The position numbers and the translations under genes were made by a program. This document shows positions 11,702-21,064 of a stretch of 22,337 nt of DNA, piece after piece. Source of the DNA: Catajapyx aquilonaris (Eukaryota); the NCBI GenBank assembly GCA_000934665.2, contig KZ538322.1, positions 62,001 to 84,337 of the forward strand, given 5' to 3'. A model generated the notes under the pieces. The model was not told where the DNA came from and ran no database searches. It saw only the letters and a program-made list of their open reading frames with translations. Every line of letters begins with the position of its first letter. Positions within the stretch are counted from its first letter, which is position 1.

Positions 11702-13473
11702 CTGTACTTTCACAAGCAAACAAACGTAGCTCACGTGCACCTCCGTACCTCCGTTTTCTTGGGATCAAAAGTATACACGGGATGGATGGATGGTCTTGGA
11801 AAAAAAAAAGGGTGGGCCACATTTTTGGGACGGGGACTAAAGACTGGTGCAGGTGTGTGGCAGACCAGACGGCGCCCGCTCTCCAAACAGCCTCTTTGAA
11901 AAAGGTGCCCAAAGGGATGGCTTTGGATGCTTGCCTGGCCAGCCCTCCAGCTATACACCGACCCCCGGCCTTGTCTGTCGTCTCACTTTTGTCCACTAAA
12001 TTCCGCGCTTTCATTCCTTTCCAAACCCTTCCTTTTTATTCCTACAGGAGTCATTAGCTGAATGGTTTCAAAATTCACTGTTTCCAACATACCCGTTTCG
12101 AGCCCAACAGATATAACGCAATCTACGTTGTACTTTGAGATTTAATAATATACTGACCAGTGCGTGTTTTCTAGACGTAACGGATAGCACAGGAAAATAG
12201 TCCTTATCGGCTCATTGGTCGATAACAACAAGTCATAAAGGTCATCAGTGTCCGGCCCCATATATATATTTTTTTCATGTGTTGTCTGGTCGAGCAAATA
12301 AACATTCCAGAGTATTTCTGGGACAATGCTTCAAGGCCTTAGGTTGCCGCTATGTCAGGATAGTCTTCTTCACCTTGACTCCGATCATTTGCCTACGGAT
12401 GATTATAATTTCGAGACGCGCAAGGTCTCCAGATTGGAGGGAATAGTTGACCGTGAAAACTGCAAATCACGTTACGCTCGTCCTTGAGGGTTTTCCCCCA
12501 TCCATCGTAACGTGCGTCACCCGCAACACCTGCGCATACCCGATTGTTGCAACCTAGGACAACAACAGGGTGCCACACACATGCGTGAAATGCACCAGGC
12601 GCCCAGACCAGACGGGGGGCTAGAAGGGCCCACTTGAGGAAGCGGATATCTGCGGTTCCTTTCACATGATGCTAGCTGAGGGGATGGGCAACGCGATACT
12701 TTTCCTGCCCTTTCGACCTGCACTCGGACCGCACCACATTTCTCGCTTTCGACACGCTGCCACAACTGGGTTGGCCGGATGGAGCCAGGGGCACCTGCTG
12801 CTTCATGGAATGTGGAGGAATCGACTCGATTATCCGATTGTCATGTCACTAGTTGTGTGCCAGTGTGTCAGATGTGAGCAACATGTGGAACATGGCTGGC
12901 TGAGTGAGAGCCACATGTGAAGAGGAGGAAGGGACATGGCGAGTGTCAGTCAGGTTGGGTCTACGAGTGAGGCCTGCGTAGGATTATGAGGATGGAGACT
13001 GTGCTTGAGGAGTGTCTGGTGGTCTTTTGGTGGGCCAGACCATGCTGTGTGGCCGTGTCCCCTGATCAGGTTTCGCCCAGGATGCTGCTGCTACAGTCCT
13101 CTGGGGGAATATGGAATCTATCAGCCTGCGCCCACTAACACTTGCATGGCTGGATGACACGTTTTCTCTGTATTAGTAGGCTACAATAACAGACACTTTA
13201 TATATATACCAAACCAGATTATGACAATAGGGCTGCTCATTTACATTCGATTCTCAAATGCTTTATATGCTTCTTGACCATGAAGTCTGCATTTTGCATT
13301 CATACGCCAAGGCCGAGCAACAAACATCTCATTAGTTGAGCAAACAAGTTACTTGACATTTGAGCAAATCGGCATTTTTTTATACGGCGCACAATTATGA
13401 GTCCTAATCCTACGTAACGGTATATAATACTCGAGCCATCAGCCGGCAAGTGTACAGAAAACACAGTAACAAG

Positions 13474-13503
13474 CCCCCCCCCCCCCCCNNNNNNNNCCCC
13501 CCC
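13474..13503. other. Poly-C tract with a small gap
   Basis: N 13489-13496 inside a C run. Confidence 0.9.
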
Positions 13504-13956
13504 ACGTGGTAAATCATTCGGAGAGCCGTCATGTAGATATGAATGAAAAGAAAAAATCCCTTGTATGGGCACCGTGGCGGAAAGCGGTTGGAAACCACAT
13601 TAGCTCACATTCCAGCCTGGATGCAAACGGCCTTTGCCTTTTTTTTTTGGGTTGAACCAAGGCTCTTGAGAGTAGGAATCTCACAAAAAGCGGCACAACG
13701 AGAAGGTTTCAGCAGTTCCCAAGTTGTAAGGAACGCACGTGCTAATCCCACGGGCTCGCCTTCCATCACGATCGTCCTCACAGAGATTTACGACCTTTTT
13801 GTGTCAATCCCACCAACCTATTCACCCCTCCCCAGTATACCTCCATTGAACTTCTCAATCGGTGCTGCTTTCACGGCAAAAACAAGCTTGAACCTGCCGC
13901 GCTATCGATACGTGCTATTCACATCGTGTATCATAGTATCGTGGTAGTGGCTCAGT

Positions 13957-14001
13957 GTTGTACTCAGTTGTACTGCAAGTTGTACTGCAAGTTGACTGCA
14001 A
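13957..14001. repeat. Short minisatellite, 12-bp unit gttgtactgcaa, about 3.7 copies
   Basis: gttgtactca-gttgtactgcaa-gttgtactgcaa-gttgactgcaa. Confidence 0.8.
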
Positions 14002-14760
14002 GAGTGCAGTGGAAATTTACCTGGTACAGGGTGCCAACCAAGTCCTGATTTGTAAATCAGTAAGTTATAAGGGTAATGGTGCCACTGCGGTGGTGCCTAG
14101 ATTCCTTACGCTAATGATGTCATTTATGTTACAGTTTCATCTGTACCTGGGGAAGGGGAATATTGCATTGTCAACGTCATGGCGCAGTTCAAGAATGAGA
14201 ATGGTGTGGTTCAGGGAAGCAGGAGAGGTGTCACGTTGTGCTGTGGTGCACCTTTCTCAGGTAGTAATGAGGGTTGTAGTTCAAATTTTGTTGCGGTGTT
14301 AAGGGCCAATATTGGTTGGGATACACCAGGTCCATACTGGAAAGTCATGAGGATATAATTTTATACTTAAATGAATTGTAAAGGTGCGTTTACATGTAAG
14401 TGATTTGATGAGTGCAGTAACTACCTTACCCAAATCCCTTGGTTTACGCGCACCCCTCAGTTCGCGAGTTTTTGCAGTGTAACTCGTACGAAATGCATGA
14501 GTGAGTGATAACCTCCACGTAAAAACGTGCTTTTAAATGTAAGAAATGAAACGCATGTACCAGTGGTTTGATTCAGTTCATACACAAGGGTCACGAGGGG
14601 TGCATATGATGGGTCACCCAATACACAAGGGAAGTAATATTACGCGCAACCCCCTGTCACATGATATAAGCATTGTGTGTCCATGTGCCTTTGCAAGCAA
14701 ACGCAACTCCCATGATTCTCAGACCATCTTGGCTATAAGAGGCAGGAGAAACCGCCTCCC

Positions 14761-15340
14761 ATGACTCATCACAGTGAAGGAACATGGCAAGAAGAGGCTT
14801 GCCTGTTGCACTAAGGGAGAAGATCATCAAAACGCTTTGGGATGGTGCTCCTCTTCGGCAGATAGGCCAGGAACTGTGCTGCAATACGCATGTATGATAA
14901 AGCAGTACGACGCCACCAGAACAGATGAGCGGAAAAAAAGTCTGGGGCCACTAAAGTGGACAACAGCACGAGAAGACTGGATGCTGCGCTGGATTGTCAG
15001 GAAAAACCACTGGGAAAAACAGACCCAGAACTTTTTCAGAGGCTGCAGGCCTGCAGCATTGTGGCAGGAAAGGTTGGGGAGTCCATTTTTGGCAAAAATA
15101 ATCATGAACAGGCTGAAGGACATGGGGTACAGGTCCTACAAGTCAAAGGGGAAACCACTCCTCACTGGAGTCCAGAAGAAACGGCGCTACAAATGGGCTC
15201 GGGACCAATCTAAGCCGAACATTCAATGACAGGAAGATGATTTGGTCTGGCGAATCACCATTTGAGGTGCTGCATGGAAACATCGGTCGCAGAGTCATTC
15301 GGCAGAAGGGTGAAGGACTCCGCAATGACTCGCGAACTAT
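14761..15340 (+). pseudogene. Tc1-family transposase pseudogene (HTH region plus the start of the DDE domain), truncated
   Basis: RKKSLGPLKWTTAREDWMLRWIVRKN...IIMNRLKDMGYRSYKSKGKPLLTGVQKKRRYKWAR, then after a stop and frameshift RKMIWSGESPFEV...RVIRQKGE. This matches the Tc1 KPLL..R..WA and WSDES.F motifs, with the first catalytic D changed to G. Confidence 0.88.
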
Positions 15341-15345
15341 GTGGG

Positions 15346-15741
15346 GGTTTCCCCTTTGATTTGTAGGACCTGTACCCCATGTCCTTCAGCCTGTTTATGA
15401 TAATTTTTGCCGAAAATGGACTCCCCAGCCTTTCCTGCCACAGTACTGCAGGCCTGCAGTCTCCGACAAAGTTCTTGGTCTGTTTTTCCCAGTGGTTTTT
15501 CCTGACAATCCAGCGCAGCATCCAGTCATCTCGTGCTGTTGTCCACTTTAGTGGCCCCAGACTTTTTTTCCGCTCAACTGTTCTGGTGGCGTCATACTGC
15601 TTTAGCACACATGCATATTGCAGCACAGTTCCTGGCCTATCTGCCGAAGAGGAGCACCATCCCAAAGTGTTTTGATGATCTTCTCCCTTCGCACAACAGG
15701 CAACCCTCTTCTCGCCATGTTTCTTCACTGTGATGAGTCAT
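15346..15741 (-). pseudogene. Second, shorter inverted copy of the same Tc1 transposase N-terminal region
   Basis: ORF 15255..15728(-) is nearly identical to 14774..15229(+) up to YKSKGKP, where similarity stops. Confidence 0.85.
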
Positions 15742-15829
15742 GGGAGGTGGTTTCTCCTGCCTCTTATAGCCAAGATGGTCTGAGAATAATGGGAGTTGCG
15801 TTTGCTTGCAAAGAAGCATGGGCATATTG

Positions 15830-16133
15830 TTCAGTCTCCCTAAGTCGAAGTTCATGTTGGCGAGTACGGAAAATTCTCTCATTTCCCAGCCGAAGGGTAG
15901 AGAGTAGGCCACATGTACAGAAAGGCTCTATTTCCTGATCTCTGTCTACTAGACGTACCAAAAGATGTGTTTGACTCGATTGTGACAATTGAATCCTTGA
16001 ATCTAAGAGTAGGCTAATGTCCATAACAGCGTTTTTTTTACAACAAAACAACCAGGAACATTGTAAGTGTGATAGTGACAGTTATAAGTTTTGAACACCT
16101 TTCGTCGCTGGATATAAAGGTAGGCTTCCTTAT
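15830..16133 (+). mobile_element. Internal fragment of the same MITE family as 20898-22193, with empty insertion sites
   Basis: cagtctccctaagtcgaagttcatgttggcgag...cctgatctc matches 21053-21064 plus 21439-21540. taacag...taggcttccttat matches about 21980-22088. Confidence 0.85.
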
Positions 16134-16134
16134 G

Positions 16135-16354
16135 TAGGGTGTTTCAGAGTCACGGGTCAAGCGCGCGCGAGGGGGTGGGGAAATATCGTAGGTGGCAACA
16201 ACTCGGGTCGGTTTTATAAAACAATTACAAATACGGCAGTAATCAATTTATTTATTACTGCCGTATGGCGTGACGTCACATCCTACTTTCTGTTCGAATT
16301 GACTGGTGCGGACTGCAAGTGCATTGGGTTGAACCTGGTTGACGGCTTTTTAGC
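16135..16354. mobile_element. Single arm (half copy) of the palindromic MITE at 17474-17924
   Basis: agggtgtttcagagtcacgggtcaagcg...tgacgtcacatcct aligns with both arms of the full copy and ends at tttttagc, the centre of the full element. Confidence 0.88.
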
Positions 16355-16406
16355 CTTGTGGGTTGCACTGAAAAAGGCGCTCTCATGCTATACGGTATAC
16401 CGGCAG

Positions 16407-16461
16407 GGTACTGTACAAAGTAGTGTACTACTGACAGTAGTACACTACTTTGTACAGTACC
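16407..16461. repeat. Perfect hairpin with 27-bp arms and a 1-nt loop
   Basis: ggtactgtacaaagtagtgtactactg-a-cagtagtacactactttgtacagtacc. Confidence 0.92.
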
Positions 16462-16555
16462 GGCAGTGAACGGTACGAAAGTGGCTTTTTCTCAGAATGA
16501 GGTTTGGCGAATATACATGCCATGACACTTTTTATAATGGTATCTTTCTTTGCAG

Positions 16556-16840
16556 AATTACGTATTAAAACATGGCTTCCATGGATTTGAAGAATGTCTC
16601 CAGAGCAAAGTTGCAGTTCCTCAATAGCATAAATCTTCATTTGAGGGTTCTTCCTAGACCTCACCTAAGAGCTATTTGCAAGACTCAGAATGCCTGAAAC
16701 TATTTCAAGTACTAGCTGGAATGATGGAACTACTAATGTGTACAAGTTGAAAGATGGAACACACATTGCTATTGTCAAGCAAGATGTCAGCAAAGAGGTT
16801 CCATGCGAGTTACCGAGTGAAAAGGCTATGCAGTCACAAG
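16556..16840 (+). pseudogene. Exon-like, frameshifted coding remnant of unknown identity
   Basis: Strong acceptor tctttctttgcAG at 16555 and donor aagGTgcgt at 16841. Peptides MASMDLKNVSRAKLQFLNSINLHLRVLPRPHLRAICKT and MPETISSTSWNDGTTNVYKLKDGTHIAIVKQD lie in different frames. Confidence 0.22.
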
Positions 16841-16854
16841 GTGCGTTACCTTAA

Positions 16855-17324
16855 CCCTTAACTACGTAGGTGGAGCCTGAGAGGCTCCAAGCACTATTTA
16901 AACGCATGTAACTTTTTCATTGAATTTTATTTTCCCCTGTCCTTCCGTGACTCTGTCAGAAAAATCTTCCTAAGCATGAAAAGGAAACAAATTTTTTTTA
17001 GTCCCTATTGTTTAGTTTAAAAAAATTCGTAACGAGGAACAGGTCCCTCCTGGAACCGCTCAGGCTCTATATCTCGTAGGTGAAGCCTGAGCGGCTCAAG
17101 CATGATGTAACCTTTTAATTAAAAATTTTGCCCTGTCGGAATATGTGGACTCAGCGTGTGATTTTTACGTTTTCGGAAGCCTAATGATCTGAACTGCACT
17201 TTCTGTGTGTGAAAAGTCCAATATAACAATTTAGTTGATAAGCAGAAATTTAAATATACCGTTGGAGCCTCTCAGGCTCCACCTACGTAGTTAAAGGTGT
17301 TTCACCCACCTATGTAGTTAAGGG
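16855..17324. mobile_element. piggyBac-type non-autonomous element (MITE)
   Basis: TTAA-CCCTT...AAGGG-TTAA. TIR ttaactacgtaggtggagcctgagaggctccaa / ttggagcctctcaggctccacctacgtagttaa. A TTAA TSD with CCC termini is characteristic of piggyBac. Confidence 0.85.
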
Positions 17325-17390
17325 TTAAGAGCAGCTGTGCGTAAACCATGGTCTTATAATACTCTGGTCTGGGCACTCCCCCCCTTTTTG

Positions 17391-17461
17391 CATTCAGGGG
17401 GTTGAAGTCATGGTAGTGCGTTCCGTGGGCACGCACTACCACGACGTCAACCCCCTGAATG
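17391..17461. repeat. 71-bp hairpin
   Basis: cattcagggggttgaagtcatggtagtgcgt / acgcactaccacgacgtcaaccccctgaatg: 31-bp arms with 2 mismatches. Confidence 0.85.
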
Positions 17462-17473
17462 GGGATTTATATA

Positions 17474-17924
17474 CAGGGTGTGTCAGAGTCACGGGTCAAG
17501 CGGGCGCGAGGGGGTGGGGAAAAATCGTAGGTGGCGACAACCCCGGTCGGTTTTATAAAACAATTAGAAATACGGCAGTAATCAATTTATTTATTACGGC
17601 CGTACGGCGTGACGTCACATCCTTTCTGTTTGAATCGAGTCGGGCCGGCTGGCAAGAGTCAAAGTAAGAGTGCAGTGGTTGAACGGGTTTTTAGCTAAAA
17701 ACCCGTTCAACCAGGTTCAACAGAAAGCATTTGCCTTGCATTTGCCAGTCCGCGGGGGTCAATTCGAATACAGAAAGGATGTGACGTCACGCCGTAGACC
17801 GTAATAAATAAATTGATTACTGCTGTATTTCTATTTGTTTTATAAAACTGACCGGGGTTGTCGCCACCTACGATTTTTCCCCACTCCCTTGCGCGCGCTT
17901 GACTCGTGACTCTGATACACCCTG
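17474..17924. mobile_element. Palindromic Tc1/mariner-type MITE, 451 bp
   Basis: TA-CAGGGTGT...ACACCCTG-TA. Outer arms of about 160 bp are highly similar, and there is a central perfect 38-bp palindrome at 17676-17713. Confidence 0.92.
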
Positions 17925-18202
17925 TAGAGCTGGTGTAATCTAATAAACTGCAGTTTCCAGGAGTGCGTAGCATAAGCGTGTACCAAAGGTGTGATTTATG
18001 GAGAGGGATTTTGGTCTCTTATGAGCATTTGTGATCACTTCGGAAGGTTGGAGAAATGGTAAAGTGGGTGAGCTGTCTGCAAAATATCTCTGTGGAGCTG
18101 AGCTGGAAGTTATTGGAAAGAGAAGGGGAATGAAGTTGATTTAGTATGGCCAGTCATCATAGTAATGGAGAATAAATTGGAATGTAAATTGATAGTAAAA
18201 TA

Positions 18203-18270
18203 CAGACAGTCCCCAACTCATGGAAGGGGGATCGTTCTGCAATATGATACATAAGTTGAATTTGACGTTA
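18203..18270 (+). mobile_element. Possible Tigger/pogo-like left terminus
   Basis: TA-CAGACAGTCCCCAACTCA resembles Tigger-type TIRs. No partner end found. Confidence 0.3.
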
Positions 18271-18919
18271 CTCTGAACTAGGTTTTACATTATTATATAG
18301 TACACTAGTACACTGTACTGCACCTTTGCACATTGCAGGACTTTTATGGTTGGATCAGCCTTATGTTCTCTCATTGTACTGCCTTATACATTGACACTGG
18401 ATTCACTGTTGTATTCAGTTATAATATATAATATAATATAATAGTTTATTTACCACCCACAAGGCATATTACATCATTGGGGGGGGGGGGGGGGGGGGNG
18501 GGGGGGGAAGTATACCCAAAAGGACAATCATATATCAAGTGAAACAAATCTAGGTTGATGCAGATGTTACATAGGGAGCAATTATTGTCATTATTTAACG
18601 GAAATTTATAGCCATTTATGTATAAATTTGTTGAACAATTGCGTAAATTTATTATTAACCGTTTTATCTGTTGTATTCAGTTGAGGCTGATGCAGGTGGG
18701 AAAGGATTCCCAGTAAGGTCCAGAAGTGGGTTGCAAATGTCTGTCATGTGTAAACTGAGTGGGGGAAATTTTTTGCGCATGTCGGAAATTTTTTATGTAA
18801 GTCTGAACTGGTCTGAATCTATATACGAGGGCGGATTGATAAGTAATGCAAATAATTTAATTTAGGCAAAAGTTTAATAGATAGACAAAACTTAAGATAT
18901 AGCGACCTTCAGTCCTTTG

Positions 18920-19068
18920 GCTATTTTTCAATGTATGAACTATTTCTGTTGATGCATTTGTTCCACTGTGGTGCCACGTTTTTAGACCTCCGTTTCTTTG
19001 CCATAAGACCTTTTTTTCAAGGGGGCAAAGAGATGAAAGTCGCTCAGTTTATGGTCAGGTCTGTACAC
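18920..19068 (-). pseudogene. Mariner transposase C-terminal fragment
   Basis: VYRPDHKLSDFHLFAPLKK is a decayed YSPDLAPSDFHLFGPLK motif, followed by PQWNKCINRNSSYIEK*. Confidence 0.8.
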
Positions 19069-19119
19069 ATCTGCATAAGGGTTCCCCCAAGTGCATCAAA
19101 AGAGAACGAGCCGGCAAAG

Positions 19120-19445
19120 ATGGTGAATGTGTTGGCATCACCCACCCTTATTGAGCATTAAGCTGCTGTGCTTTTTTGTGGGTGCAAGGCGAAACTCACA
19201 CCCAAATTCACAAGGACATGACAGAAGTGTATGGGAACACATGCCTGGACTTTAGCAACATTTCAAGATAGTGTGAGCTGTTTTCTGAGGACCGAGAAGA
19301 CATTACCGATCAGCATTGTCCCGGACGCCCAGTAAAAAAAAGGTCTTCTGGCAAAAAAATGGAGGTCTAAAAACATGGCATCTTTAACTATGTACCACAG
19401 TGGGATAAATGCATCAACAGAAATGGTTTTTATGTTGAAAAATAG
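19120..19445 (+). pseudogene. Internally deleted mariner transposase (N-terminal HTH fused to the C-terminal tail)
   Basis: MVNVLASPTLIEH*AAV/FLWVQGETHTQIHKDMTEVYGNTCLDFSNISR*CELFSEDREDITDQHCPGRP matches the mariner IH...VYG...D..RPGRP pattern. It joins directly to ...GIFNYVPQWDKC...YVEK*. Confidence 0.85.
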
Positions 19446-20242
19446 CCAAAGGGTGGAAGGTCGCTATGAATATCTTAAGTTTTGTCTATCTATGAAACTT
19501 TTGCCTACATTAACTTATTTGAGTTACTTATTGATCTGCCCTCGTATGTTGAAACTGCGTAATTTGGGGGCTGCATGTATTTAAATTTAATAAAACTACA
19601 AAGCATGTTGCAGCTTAAGGGGGATAAACAGGGGTTTGCAACTGATTTCTGCTTTCTTCTCATGGCACACCATTTTTGCAACACTGACAGTGAGTGTAGA
19701 AGGAAGATTTTGGAAGCCCTTCCCTCTTCTTCCTCTGATTTATGGAATTTTGGAGAGAGGCCAAAACCTCCCTAAAATTACTCGTGCAAATGAAACTTTG
19801 GTACAATCTTTATGCGGGGAATTTTCTCATTGCACATACTGGTAGTTGCACGGTGGTACAAAAAGATTTAGCACTGCCTCTCCCCCACCTGGGTAATTTA
19901 GATTAGGGATATCAGAATCACTTGTATTAGGCAGGTAGGATTTGTATGCTCTAGTTCTCTTTGTATCCATCACTTTTTCCACAAAGATTTGTAGCCTCAG
20001 GAGTCAGGACAAAAGTCTTGATGTACTTACCGCTTTTGGTTCTTAGATTACTGAATACAGAGTTCTGGGGAACTGTCCCTGAAGCTGCTCTGGCTCAGTT
20101 TGATGTGGGACATCCTTAATCTTTCCTCCCAGAGTTGCTTGAAGTGCCCCTAGAACTAGTTGCTTGATCAGTGGCAAATCCAGAGAAAATGGTTCATCCA
20201 TGTTATTCAGATAGCATTAATCACTTGTTGTATTCTCTGTAC

Positions 20243-20621
20243 CAAGGTGCATAGAGGATTAGGTGAGTTCGCATCGCGCGACGGGTGATTGCCTTCCTGT
20301 CTGCCTCAACAAGCTTCTGGGGATGGCCACTATCGGCGGTGCTGTCATCAGCAGACTATCTATTGTTGCGGCTCTTAACGTAAAACGTGGCCTTTGTCCT
20401 CCCTCCAAACCTGCAAAACAACAAACCAAGGTGTGCAACAAACAAATAAGGCGCATCCAGCCCTACAGTGCCGCAAAAGCAGCAGGGAGTAGATAGTCTG
20501 CTGACGGCAGCACCTACCATAGTGGCCATCCCCAGAAGCTTGTTGCGGCAGACAGGAAGGCAATCACCCGATAACATGGAGATCAGCCCAACCGAGCTCA
20601 CCTAATCCTTTATACACCTTG
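20243..20621. mobile_element. Foldback MITE with an 8-bp TSD (P-element-like or hAT-like)
   Basis: 29-bp outer TIR caaggtgcatagaggattaggtgagttcg (3 mismatches), and an inner IR of about 80 bp (20282-20361 / 20490-20570). Flanks are ctctgtac / ctctgtag (7 of 8 match). Confidence 0.85.
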
Positions 20622-21064
20622 CTCTGTAGCCTACTATTGATCATGCCACCAGCTCTTAATGGTGCTTTGCTCTTTGCTGTTCGTCAATTTAGCATGAGAA
20701 CATGATGTATTTCCAGGCGCTGCTCATTGTCATGTAAAGACTTTGTAAGCCAAAGAAGAATCATATTCTGAAAATAACCCCATGAAAAGGGAGATATGGA
20801 TTCATTCTTCAAGCAGAAATTCACATTGCATTGTAATTGTTTAGAAGCACATCATTGTAGGTTCATGCCATTCATCTTGGGCCCAGAATCAGAGATACAG
20901 TAAAACTTCCATAAGTTGAACTTCCCTAAGTCGAAGAAAATTATGAGCTTGGTTGATCACAATGTAAATCAATAGGAAATAAATTTCCCTAACTCGAATT
21001 TCTATAACTTGAAGTGCTGGCAGCGCCATGTGATGGTATATCAATGCATTTTCAGTCTCCCTAA

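Larger units (their letters stand above)
14675..15826. mobile_element. Inverted duplication (foldback) of the 5' half of a Tc1-like element
   Basis: Arms of about 480 bp (14675-15156 and 15346-15826) are reverse complements at roughly 90% identity, with a 189-bp spacer. The ORF track shows mirrored peptides. Confidence 0.92.
18826..19544. mobile_element. Mariner (DD34D) derivative with long inverted arms made from the element's 3' end
   Basis: TA-CGAGGGC...GCCCTCG-TA. Arms are 18826-19017 and 19334-19544, and both encode the mariner C-terminus (PQWDKCINRNGFYVEK* / PQWNKCINRNSSYIEK*). Confidence 0.92.
18420..20880 (-). mobile_element. Heavily decayed non-LTR retrotransposon (CR1/L2-like ORF2 3' part), interrupted by DNA elements
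   Basis: Minus-strand fragments resemble LINE ORF2 motifs: LAYKVF...KSWW (~20640-20760), SVLQKW...SCKPLFIPLKL (~19610-19695) and YWESFPTCI (~18690-18717). It ends in ggtaaataaa plus an AT-rich tail near 18420-18450. Boundaries are approximate. Confidence 0.4.

Noticed and set aside
13957..14001. CRISPR or other spacer array
   Set aside because: It is a contiguous 12-bp tandem repeat without spacers, and there are no cas-like ORFs in the window.
14774..15229. Active or domesticated transposase
   Set aside because: It has frameshifts, an internal stop, a D-to-G change at the first catalytic position and a truncated DDE domain.
17410..17973. Mirrored ORF pairs as duplicated genes (also 20263/20356 and 21132/21232)
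   Set aside because: They are by-products of palindromic non-coding MITEs.
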